DNA of 64,000 nucleotides from Anolis carolinensis (Eukaryota): NCBI RefSeq assembly GCF_035594765.1, contig NC_085842.1, positions 28,000,782 to 28,064,781 of the forward strand, read 5' to 3'. Shown piece by piece: positions 46,201 to 55,934 of this stretch (position 1 is its first letter; each line of letters starts with the position of its first letter). The notes under the pieces were generated by a model. It saw only the letters and a program-made list of their open reading frames with translations, ran no database searches and was not told where the DNA came from. The position numbers and the translations under genes were made by a program.

Positions 46201-48531
46201 TGGGACTAGCTCTATCTTCACTTCAACTCTCCGCTTCGGTGGGAAACTGTCTGCTTCCTTCTCATCAAATACATCCACAAAATCCCGATACTCTGGGGGT
46301 AATTTATCTGCCAGTTCTGCTATCCTGATAGAGTCTTCCTCCCCCCTTTTCCCCGGCTCTCTCTCCACTTCCTGGCTCCCTTCTTCCAACTTCATCCTGA
46401 AGATCATGCTCTTATCCTCCCAGTTGATTTGCGGGTTGGCCTGCCCCAGCCATGGCATGCCTAGTATAACATTATAGCTGGCTATTTGTGATATCACAAA
46501 TGACACCTTTCCTTCCCAACTCCCTATCTTACACTTTACATCTTCGGCACTGTACTTAGCTAATGATCCCGATGCTGTGGATCCGTCCAACTGCGAGAAA
46601 GCTATTGGGGATTCTAGGTTCGTTCTTTCGCATCCCAATCCCTCGGCTAATTCAGGGGAGATGATGTTCCTGGAACATCCACAATCCACAAATGCTTTGC
46701 AGGTTGCTTGTTTGCTGCCACTTTCAAGCTGAATGGGGACCACTATCATGGCTTTGTCCTGACTTACCAACCCCCCCGAGTGGTGCCTCATCGGTGGTTC
46801 TTCCTCGGCGCGTTTCCCTGCCACGGCTCTTGGTTTGGGCGGGCCTCCGCCTTCCCCTTTTCTCTGCCAGCACTCGGCAGCCCTGTGGCCCAAACGGCCG
46901 CACACGAAGCAGCCCCTCCTGCTGGTGCTCACGTTCCCTGTCGGCTCCGTTCTCCTCCCGGCTGGGGTTGATCCCTCCTTCCGGCTCCCCTCTTTCATCT
47001 GCGGCCGCTGCTGTAGCCCTCCTCGGTGCCTCCTCGCCTGGGCCAGCGATGTCTCGATGCGCCCCGCCAGCTGAATCCATCCGCGCAGTGTGTCAGGCTC
47101 ATCACGATGCACCGCCCAGGAGAGGATCTCCCGCCTGAGACCCTCTTTGAAGAGTTCTATCTTTGTTACTGCAGACCATTCCGGCACCTTTTCAGCGAGG
47201 CATTGGAACTCCTCCGCATACTCAGATACTGACCTCTGCCCCTGGGAGACGGTCTTCAACTTCTCCCTCGCCCGGATCTGCTCCAGTGGATCTCGGAAAC
47301 GGGTCTCCAGGGCCCCCATAAAGCGTCGGAGTGACCCCAGACATGGGTCGTGCCGCGCGTGCAGTTGAACGTACCAGCTGGCCGCTCCCCTCTTCAACAC
47401 TGCACCAATGGCCCGTACCCGGCTGGATTCCGTTCTAAAAGTGTGAGCATTGTCCTCCATATAGCCCCTCACCGTGGTCAGGAAAAAATCCAGTTCAGAG
47501 GACTCTCCCCCAAACTCGATCCTTAGTTCCTCTCGTCTCGGTAGGGGTCCCTGTGGTGGCAATCCCCAATTCTCCGCCCGTCGCAAGCCCCCTTGCGGAC
47601 CAGTGGGCCCCGCTGCTGCTTCTCTTGGCCCTGTGCCACGCCCGGCATTCGCCAGGGGCACCAGGGTCTCAGTTGGGAGCGTAGCCGGGATTCTCGGAGG
47701 CTTTTCCCCTTCGTCGTCACTCTCCTCCACCCGCGTCAGGCTTGTTTGGATCTTGGGCCGGGCACCGGGCTCCTTTCGCATTTCCCTTCCCTTCGGTGCT
47801 GGGAGGTCTGCAAAGCCCTGGCTGCTTCCCACGCTCACGTCCCACATTGAGCTAGCCCGAAGTTCCCTTCCTCTCTCCGGCTCCGCCAAAACCGCCAGGC
47901 GCTCCACCGCCCTCGACATCACTGCCAGGGTGGTCTCCATCGCCGACATCCTCTCCTCCAGAAACACCATCCTTTGTGGGCCTGGGGAAGGTGAACCTTC
48001 CTCTCCTCCGGTGCTGTCTCCCCGCACCACTCCACGCCTCTGGGTTACCCCATTTGGCTGGGCATAAGCGGTGGATGACGCCAGGGCCGCCAGCTGGTGG
48101 AACTCAGCGTCCGGCTCGGGAGTGGCCCTTTCCGACCTTCCTCCTCCTGCGCCCAAGAGCTCTTCATCCTCCACTTGCATGTTACACCTCACCGCTACAG
48201 CGGGATGGTGTCCGTATTCTTGGCTTAGTGTCAGCTCACCACAGCCGCTCCTGAATGAACACACAAGACTCTCTGTGATATCACCAGAAACTTTTACTGT
48301 AGGAAACATGAACATCAGAAAAGCCAAGAATGGGATACTACGGCCAACCCTCCTTTATATACCCTCCCCCTCATTTGAACAGTCTCTTCCCGCTCAGTAA
48401 AACCCCGCGCAAATTCCCCGCCAAGTCCAGCAGCCGTTTCTTCTCCAAGTCCTGAGCCGCAGGTGTCTTATCAATGTCAGTGACCCTGAAACTCAGAGCC
48501 ACATCCAGGCTCTAGTAGCAGGGTTCTGACA
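43215..48531 (-). mobile_element. Full-length Ty3/gypsy (Tf1/sushi group) LTR retrotransposon, single ORF
   Basis: Apparently identical 303-bp LTRs 43215-43517 and 48229-48531; TSD GTAAAG; PPT GGATGAAGGGGAGGAGGA next to 3' LTR. Confidence 0.97.
43564..48180 (-). CDS. gag-pol: Gag-Pol polyprotein (CA, CCHC, PR, RT, RNaseH, IN; no chromodomain); start ATG uncertain, frame open to 48327
   Basis: CFVCGRLGHRAAEC, AFVDCGC, FLDD, CDASD, HHCC/DDE integrase, GPF. Confidence 0.95.
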   Translation of the reverse strand: MQVEDEELLGAGGGRSERATPEPDAEFHQLAALASSTAYAQPNGVTQRRGVVRGDSTGGEEGSPSPGPQRMVFLEERMSAMETTLAVMSRAVERLAVLAEPERGRELRASSMWDVSVGSSQGFADLPAPKGREMRKEPGARPKIQTSLTRVEESDDEGEKPPRIPATLPTETLVPLANAGRGTGPREAAAGPTGPQGGLRRAENWGLPPQGPLPRREELRIEFGGESSELDFFLTTVRGYMEDNAHTFRTESSRVRAIGAVLKRGAASWYVQLHARHDPCLGSLRRFMGALETRFRDPLEQIRAREKLKTVSQGQRSVSEYAEEFQCLAEKVPEWSAVTKIELFKEGLRREILSWAVHRDEPDTLRGWIQLAGRIETSLAQARRHRGGLQQRPQMKEGSRKEGSTPAGRRTEPTGNVSTSRRGCFVCGRLGHRAAECWQRKGEGGGPPKPRAVAGKRAEEEPPMRHHSGGLVSQDKAMIVVPIQLESGSKQATCKAFVDCGCSRNIISPELAEGLGCERTNLESPIAFSQLDGSTASGSLAKYSAEDVKCKIGSWEGKVSFVISQIASYNVILGMPWLGQANPQINWEDKSMIFRMKLEEGSQEVEREPGKRGEEDSIRIAELADKLPPEYRDFVDVFDEKEADSFPPKRRVEVKIELVPGAELPKAKIYPMSAREKEELRKYIDKNLARGFIEPSNSPLGAPVLFRRKKDQTLRLCIDYRGLNAISSVNKYPLPLVKDLIAQLSEGQIFTKLDLIEAYHKLQIKPEDRWKTAFSCAFGLFNYRVLPFGLCGGGAAFMQLINEVLHPLLYKGVFVFLDDILIISRTKEQHIELVREVLQKLREAKLYAKLAKCEFNKDQIDFLGYRISSQGVAMDPAKVEDVRGWEAPKTRKQLQSFLGFANFYRTFIKDFARLTLPLTDLLKTKGRGETAKVKAPGAKLTWTIECQEAFEALKKRFTEEPVLQHPDMSKAFVLHCDASDRAYGAVLLQKDEGGNLKPCGYLSKKFSDTEKNWPIWESEALAILKALECWRHFLEGSGTPFEVWTDHRNLQYLRSPRKLSAKQIRWAQYFSRFDFRLRFFQGKHNILADALSRMPQHGGGIQESEGSLFLDKQWGLAVLTRAQAAKENKRTAISTGGGEIWEEELKRAYGMDKWLQTNKEKGELCGDLVFVNKKLYIPECLRREMLRKYHDNKGAGHLGPTRTIKLLARQCWWPGMRKDARGYVTQCELCAEGKTPPGKPQGLLQKVVEPMRPWECVAMDFVGELPPSRGHRYIWTILDLFSKQAHFVALPKLPSAEKLADLYVKHVYRLHGCPDKIISDRGVQFTAKFWGKFLQLLGAERNLSSAFHPATNGGVERTQQTLCQFLRMYTNYRQDDWADLLPFAEMAFNGAVHSATGRAPFEIVYGQEVAPFPRLPEWKEGEGQTDEEWPAKIKQGWQTVVEALRETQKKYKLFADRRRREGDKLGEGDLVWLSTKNLKLGFPSKKLAPRYIGPFRVAKRINEVTYELRLPKGLGKIHPVFHCSLLKKYKGTLDGGEQ

Positions 48532-49662
48532 GTAAAGTGTACTTAAACTCGTGGATGGACTGGAATTTCCTCTCTCCCCTAGGTCCCTTCTAGACGGCAA
48601 TATAATTCAGATTATCAAAGCAGATAATCCACATTATCTGCTTTGAACTGAATTATACGAGTCTACACTGCCATAGAATCGTGTTCAAAACAGATAATCT
48701 GGATTTTATATGGCAGTGTAGAAGAGGCCCTAAAAGCATACACTGTGTATGTGATTGATATGACTGCAACATGGAGATATGTGTGTCTGTACATGTGAAT
48801 CCTTACCCTTTGCCTCTGAATTAATTTACTCCCCATGTTCTTGGGAAAAGCAATCAGGAATCCAAGCAATAAGGAGATTTAAAGAGTTTGAAGAAGCAGT
48901 TCAAAACCATTCTGAACCTTGAAGTTTGCTGAACCAAAACATGAGATCTAGGGACAGTCCCCGGCGATGACGTTAATCAATATGCATTAAGAACCAGTTA
49001 AGCAACAACTCATAAACACATCCAGATTGCAAAACTTGGTGCTCATCCTCTTTATCAGATTGCTCCATTCCATTCCAGGGTCAGACGTGTTGGATTTTAT
49101 TACCAGACGCAAATATCAGTGTTTAACTGCCACTTGGGTAATTCTGTAAAGTCAAAAATAAGCCAAGGCTGTCAATTGTCCATGAAAGATAAGCAAAATG
49201 TATAGATAGCAAACTATGTTGTAAACTCAGTTGCTTGACTCCCCCTTGAACACATCAGTCAAAATGCAGATAGATTCAGCAAACTAAAAAGTTATGGGAG
49301 CACAAAGCTTTATTACGTTATTTCCAAACTGTGTCTTTTAATCACATTTTTTAAGAATTGGGGAATCCAGGCTCTTATCCTTCTTTACTTTAATCCTGGA
49401 CTGGGAAACATATGTCCCACACAGATGTGGCTGGACAACAGTTCCCATTAGCTTTTACTAGCTTGGCCAATGGTTGGACATGATAGTAGTTTATCAACAT
49501 TAGTTTCAGTTCAGGTAACCTTATTGCTGTCATGTACAAGCTCAGGCTCAGGGGTCTGATTGCTCAATAACACACACCTCACTTCCCAACATACACTGCA
49601 CATTCTGGGAGGAGAAACATGGCCAAACTGAAAATTTTCCACTCAGTAGAAAATCTAAGGTA

Positions 49663-50582
49663 TTTCCTACAAGGCAGACTCCAGCAATACATGGAGCGAG
49701 AGTTGCCAGATGTACAAGCTGGGTTTAGAAAAGGCAGAGGAACGAGAGACCAAATTGCCAATATCTGCTGGATAATGGAGGAAGGCAGGGAGTTTCAGAA
49801 AAACATCTATTTCTGTTTTATTGACTATTCTAAAGCCTTTGACTGTGTGGATCATAATAAATTGTGGCAAGTTCTAGGTGGTATGGGGATACCGAGTCAC
49901 CTTATCTGTCTCCTGAGGAATCTGTATAACGACCAAGTAGCAACAGTCAGAACACACCACGGAACAACAGATTGGTTCAAGATTGGGAAAGGAGTATGGC
50001 AGGGCTGTATACTCTCACCCTACCTATTCAACTTGTAAGCAGAACACATCATGCGACAAGGGGGTTTGATGAATCCAAGGCTGGACTTAAAATTGCTGGA
50101 AGAAACATTAACAACCTTAGATATGCATATGATACCAGCTGAGGAGCCTTCTCACCAAGGTAGAAGAAAGTGCAAAAGCTGGATTTCAGTTAAACATCAA
50201 GAAAACCAAGATTATGGCAACCAGACTGATTGATAACTGGCAAATAGAGGGAGAAAACATGGAGGCAGTGACAGAATCTGTATTTCTAGGCACAAAGATT
50301 ACTGCAGACCCAGACTGCAGCCAGAAAATCAGAAGACGTTTACTTCTTGGGAGGAGAGCAATGGCCAACCTCGATAAAATAATGAAGAGAAGAGACATCA
50401 CACTCGCAACGAAGGTCCACATAATTAAAGCAATGGTATTCCCTGTAGTAACCTATGGATGTGAGAGCTGGACCATAAGGAAGGCTGAGCGAAGGAAGAT
50501 AGATGCTTTTGAACTCTGGTGCTGGAGGAAAATCCTGAGAGTGCCTTGGACCGCAAGAAGATCCAACCAGTCCATCCTCCCT
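49663..50582 (+). mobile_element. RTE-BovB LINE fragment (degenerate RT)
   Basis: RELPDVQAGFRKGRGTRDQIANI...FIDYSKAFDCVDH; YGCESWTIRKAERRKIDAFELWCWR; stops and frameshifts. Confidence 0.9.
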
Positions 50583-50740
50583 AAATTATGATTCCCTAAA
50601 TTTCTGTGGGAAGAAACTCCACAATAGTTAAAAAGAGACACAGGTTTAGCTGTCCCACTCTAAAAAACATCTGGCCATTATAACTTCTAAAAGCCTGCAT
50701 AGATATTTGAGGAATGCTGATAAAAAGGGATTGAGGATAA

Positions 50741-50998
50741 GCAGCCAATCTGTTCTCAAGTTTTGGATGTTTGTCTTCGAGAAGTTAAAATCTTCCTTTC
50801 CCCCAACAGAAACATCCAAAGAATTAGTTTTGGATTTGTGAGGAATTAGCTTCAACGCCCTTTGTCAGCCAGAGATATTTCAAAATACTTTGGGGGGGGA
50901 GGAGGAGGATGGCTGGTCACAATACCTATATATGAGGTCTTGCACTGAGAACTGAGCAGACTGCATCCTGGGCTTTTGAGTTTTTGGCTCCACAAAAG
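50741..50998 (+). promoter_or_regulatory. B2 promoter: shared block, TATA and non-coding exon 1
   Basis: TATATA at 50927; donor AG|gtgcgt at 50998. Confidence 0.75.
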
Positions 50999-52918
50999 GT
51001 GCGTAAACTTTGATAGAGGAGGGTATGTCTGAAAAGTTTATCCTAGAGAAAGGTCTCTTTCCTATCGCACTCTGATAACACTTTAACTGCCATGATTCTA
51101 TTCTATGGAAACCTGACATTTGCAGTTTCGAGATGTATTCAGAATTCTCTGCCATAGAGCTCCAATGCATCTCCAAACTATAATCCCCAGGATCCCACAG
51201 GATACAGTCACTGGCAGTGAAAGTGGAATCATAATGCTATGATAATGAATGGGGCTTGAGACCACACACAGAAGATGAGATATGGTAGAATGCCATACCT
51301 TTTAGTCTTAAGTACAGAAACAGCAGTGAGTAATATATTTAAAAAGATAGTTTTGGGGTGGGTTATTCTTTGTGGTGCCTTAAAAATAATTTAGATCACT
51401 AAACATTACAATGTTTGGTATATATTCTCTTGCAAGTTCTCTTGGAAAGAAACTAATATTATGGGAGCGGAAGGGAATTATGGAATGGGGAAATAATCCC
51501 CAGCTCTTTCAGGTTGTGCAATTAGAGTACTTTGATAGAAATTTAAATGCTGAAACAACATCCCATGGAATCCTAGCATTTCTAGTTTAATAAGGCACTA
51601 CAATCCCCAGACTGTATGTACCTTCTGTTTGGTCTATGAATTTCATAAGGTTTTCATAAGGAAAGCATGCTCAGAGGTGGTTTTATCAGTTCCCTCCTTG
51701 GAAATATACCCTACTGCACCTGGTATTCATTGGTAGCCTCCCATCCAAGTACTAACCAGGGATACCTCTGCTTAGGTTAAATCTTTCCACTTATAACTTT
51801 CCCATGTTATCCCTTTGTGTCTTATGCTTTTGTTATTTTATAAAGTCTATTAAGAGAGTGGTAGGTTGGAAGAGATAGTAAAGGGGCATGCATTCTGCAC
51901 GTTCTCTGAGTCAGAAAGGGACTCCTGAGAACATGCAGAGTGCATGCCCCTTCAGTACAGCATAGCTGCTATTTTTTAAATATTGGAAGTGCATGGAAGG
52001 GCATGAAGACTTCTGTTTAGAAGCCGGAGTGATATGTGAGGAGCCAACCTAAAAGCAACCTACAAGTAGGTTGTTCCTCTGCTGGTGAACCTCCTTTTGT
52101 TACCAGAAGGAAAAACAATCCTTGGTCTGCTTTCTTGAAAGATCGTTCCCACAAAATCAATACTACAGGGGAAAAAATCATTTCAAAAGTTCATTTAAAA
52201 AGGAATTAACTCCTATTCATTATCATAGCATTCTTAGAAGTAATTTAATATCATTACTAAGTCACAAAGTAATACATTTTGGCAAAGCCTGTAGATGGGA
52301 AATAGAATTATTCTGCAGAACATGCGTAACTCTGTATGGATATGCACACAGAAATCGTATGGGAGCATGAATGCACTTTAGATTTCTGCAAGAACAGCTT
52401 TATGGGTTTCTCTCCTTCTGTTAAAAATACACTGTGCTCCTTCTGTTCCACATTCAAGATGAATAATCACAGAGAGCAATATATAGTTTTGCAAAGCAAT
52501 AAAGAAATCTTCCCAATATGTTAAATGTACGGTACTGCATTTCAGAAAATATCATTTTGTCTTATAATAATTGCAAAGTTTCTGCTTAAGGGTATTCTTA
52601 CAATATCTACTTTCTCAACTCTTACTTTATTAATATGGCCTGCATTGAATGCATATTTCTCTGTTGTCATCTGTGGAGGAAAAATTCAGGGAAAGACAAT
52701 CATTTGTTGCCGAATAGGATGGTCTTGCAGAAGTAGAATCTTGGTGGTGGGTTCATAAATGACGGTGAAGACCTGCTCTGGATCCACATGGTCTGTCATA
52801 ATGAGGACATAGATTTTCAGATGAAAGGCAGTCACAGCAAGGGTTTGTTTGATGTGCCTTCCTCTGGACACGTTTTTCCTTTTCACCCTCCATTTGTGCA
52901 TCTTCACTGTTGGTAATA

Positions 52919-53119
52919 GGCCCGGGCTGTGGCGCAGGCTGGAGAGCAAGCCAGCTGCAACCAGCTGCAATGAATCACTCTGACCAGGAGGTCATGAGTT
53001 CGAGGCCCGCTCGGAGCCTATGTTTGTCTTGTCTTTGTTCTATGTTAAAAGGCATTGAATGTTTGCCTATATGTGTAATGTGATCCCTTCGGGGTGAGAA
53101 GGGCGGAATATAAATGCTG

Positions 53120-53150
<31 letters not shown>
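52919..53150 (+). mobile_element. tRNA-derived SINE (AnolisSINE2-like) in B2 intron
   Basis: A/B-box head, (TAAA)n tail, TSD TTGGTAATA. Confidence 0.8.
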
Positions 53151-53450
53151 ATTGGTAATAACTGACCTCCAGTTGCAGCGCTCGACTGTCAGGGCTTCTC
53201 AGTTCTTGTTGTTTATGCCACATTTTAGGTTAGATTTAAAACTATCTTTAAATGTTGTTGCATTATGATATTATATATATTCTGGAAATTTAATACAAAG
53301 TATTATTTAAAAAGAGGTCAGAGATTTGCATCTGCTAGGATAATTAGAGCAACAATGTGATCATGTCACAAATGGTATTGGATGCTGGGCCCCTCCTCTT
53401 ACCATCTTTGCTTAGTAATCTGTCACTTCTCCTCTGGCAGATTGTTCACT

Positions 53451-55487
53451 ATGGCATCCCCAGAAGAAAAGACACGTGCCTTGGTCAAGGCTGTGGAGAC
53501 CCTCAGCAAAGCAAAAGATCTACGCCAAGAAGCGGAACTTGTCATGAAACCTTATGCAAACTGGGAAGAGTTCCTGATACCAGCTCCCCTCTCCATTGCT
53601 ATCCTGGGGGAATTGATTTTTATCTCATCAGGACAGCAAGACTTCTCCATCAACTTAAAGCCACCCAAGGAAGGCTTCCATCATCTCAAGTTTCCAGAGT
53701 CCTTCAAGGCTTCCCTATGTCAAGTGAGCAATCAAGGTTGGGGTGCTTTCAACGAGGCCCACACAAACATGGATCAGATCAGGTTGCTTTCAAGGGGCAT
53801 TCCACAACGGATGAAAACAATTGTGCAGACTCTTCTTCAGGAAGCTGAGGTGGTGACGGCCTTGATTCCTAGCCAACTCAAAAACCTCCAGGCAATGACA
53901 GAGCGATGTGTAGAGCTGGCCAAGGCAGTGAATGCTAAGTTTGCGGATGTGATCAAATTGATCCAGGAACTCCTTGAGGCTTGCCTCAATGCCAAACATG
54001 GTTATGAGCAGGAGCTGGTGGATGTGAAGATAGCTCTGGAACAAGCTGAGATCCGAAAAAAATCAGCCAAAGAGGCCAAAAAGATGGCTGAACAGTATCA
54101 TAAGTTAATGAAGAAGCAAGTAGAGGAGTCCTACCAGCATTATAAAAAGGCCATGGATTCCATCCCCACAGGGTGGGATGCAGTGGGAATGGAAGTGGTT
54201 ACCAACCTTAATCAAATCTTGGGTAATCTTTCTGTTGAGTTCACCCGCATGTTAGCAATGAGGCAGGGGATTGTGAGAGAAGGAGCTGACAGGAACGCTG
54301 GTGGGGAACAGGCTGTGATGACGCCATTTATTCCAGCTAGTATCATATGTTCCAAGTCAGCTGAGCTTTTAACTTTTGCAACCAGCTTGAAGAACCTCTT
54401 AGATGGACATGGAGGTCTCAAGGTCCCCTTGATTCTTGATAAAAACACTGGAGAAGTCAAAACAAGGTGGGTGACCACAAACTTACAAAGGCTGAAAGCC
54501 TCCATTGATAAAGAAGTAGATTGCGAGGCCAAAGCAAAAGCTCAAGTGATTTGTCAAGTTGGACTGGATATTTGCCAACAGCTGGAGGAAATGGCTTCCT
54601 CAGAAGGTGGTCTTGGGCAGGTAGGGCACAGCTTACTGAGTGAGATTAATCAACTCCATAAGAATGCAGCAGAATTTGATTCGTACAGCAAGTCCTACAC
54701 TCGATCTCCAGCCTTTTCTCCCAAACCACCCAACTTGTCCAAATTGGCAGCAGCAGAAAGTTTAGGGTTAGAAAATGCCCACCTGAAAGTGAAGCAGAGC
54801 CAGGAGGCACTGAAGGCCACAAGGGAGGAATATCAGAAAAGCTTTGAGAACTTCAAGAAGCAGAACGAGGAGCTGGCGGAGATCCTTTGCACTATGAGAA
54901 GTTATCAGGTCAAGGAGGTGGATTTTGACACTGCCAGAGAAATGCTCATCAAGGGACTGAATGCCCTGGGGAAACTGAAGGAGCAATGGGAGAAGATGAT
55001 ACAGTTTTTCCAAATGATCTCCAACTTAATTGGGTCTTGCTTGGCTTGGAGCGTGAAAGATTTTGTCGACACAGTAGAGAGTACCACTAAAATCTCAGCT
55101 TATACATTCAATGCCTTCACAGCAGATATAGTTTATGGATATATTTTTAATGCTTCCAGTGTGGCTCAACTAGTAGTCATGATTTCTGAGACTTACATGG
55201 AGGTATCGCAGAAATACCTGATGGAGCGGATCAGCAGCTTAGGTCGTATCCTGACCATGGAACCTAATCACCCAGCGTTAGCCACCGAACGCGTCACGTT
55301 GGCCGAAGGCTGTGACGCAGCACAGAAAGCAGTAAAGGAGCTGGTGTTGGAAAAGAAGGAGGAGTTTTTGCGAAGTCTGGATGCCAGAGAAGAAGCTGTC
55401 GAAAGGGAGATGAGAACATTGTTGCCTGGAAAGGAGGGTGGGGTAGAGCTGAAAGAGCTCAGTGTGGAGGAGGATGACTTTATATAA
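53451..55487 (+). CDS. Gene B2: uncharacterised 678-aa paralogue of B1, single coding exon
   Basis: Acceptor ggcag| at 53440; actATGG; WEEFLIPAPLSIAILGELIFIS identical to B1. Confidence 0.92.
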   Translation: MASPEEKTRALVKAVETLSKAKDLRQEAELVMKPYANWEEFLIPAPLSIAILGELIFISSGQQDFSINLKPPKEGFHHLKFPESFKASLCQVSNQGWGAFNEAHTNMDQIRLLSRGIPQRMKTIVQTLLQEAEVVTALIPSQLKNLQAMTERCVELAKAVNAKFADVIKLIQELLEACLNAKHGYEQELVDVKIALEQAEIRKKSAKEAKKMAEQYHKLMKKQVEESYQHYKKAMDSIPTGWDAVGMEVVTNLNQILGNLSVEFTRMLAMRQGIVREGADRNAGGEQAVMTPFIPASIICSKSAELLTFATSLKNLLDGHGGLKVPLILDKNTGEVKTRWVTTNLQRLKASIDKEVDCEAKAKAQVICQVGLDICQQLEEMASSEGGLGQVGHSLLSEINQLHKNAAEFDSYSKSYTRSPAFSPKPPNLSKLAAAESLGLENAHLKVKQSQEALKATREEYQKSFENFKKQNEELAEILCTMRSYQVKEVDFDTAREMLIKGLNALGKLKEQWEKMIQFFQMISNLIGSCLAWSVKDFVDTVESTTKISAYTFNAFTADIVYGYIFNASSVAQLVVMISETYMEVSQKYLMERISSLGRILTMEPNHPALATERVTLAEGCDAAQKAVKELVLEKKEEFLRSLDAREEAVEREMRTLLPGKEGGVELKELSVEEDDFI

Positions 55488-55713
55488 GATGTGAAGAAGT
55501 GGATCCAAGGATGATTGGGCAAAACAAAGGGGATATTGTTGATTAATTCATAGCTCAAAGGATCTTGAGTAGTGGTTCTCAACCTTTGGTCCTCCAGGTG
55601 TTTTGAACTTCAGCTCCCACAATTCCTAACAGCTGGTAAGCTGGCTGGGATTTCTGGGAGTTGAATTCCAAAACACCTGGAGGACCAAAGGATGAGAACC
55701 ACTGGTCTAGACT

Positions 55714-55934
55714 AAGGTAAGGTAAAGGTTTCCCTTGATGTTAAGTCCAGTCATGTCTGACTCTGGGGGTTGGTGCTCATCTCCATTTCTAAGCTGAAGA
55801 GCCAGCGTTGTCCATAGACACCTCCAAGGTCATGTGGCCGGTATGACTGCATGGAGCACCGTTACCTTCCCGCCAGAGCAGTACCTATTGATCTACTCAC
55901 ATTGGCATGTTTTTGAACTGCCAGGTTGGCAGAA
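55714..55934 (-). mobile_element. Sauria SINE (partial)
   Basis: aaggtaaaggtttccc... family sequence. Confidence 0.8.

Noticed and set aside
51715-51775. 5S rRNA gene
   Set aside because: Short, degenerate 5S-like sequence that is more likely the head of an old SINE
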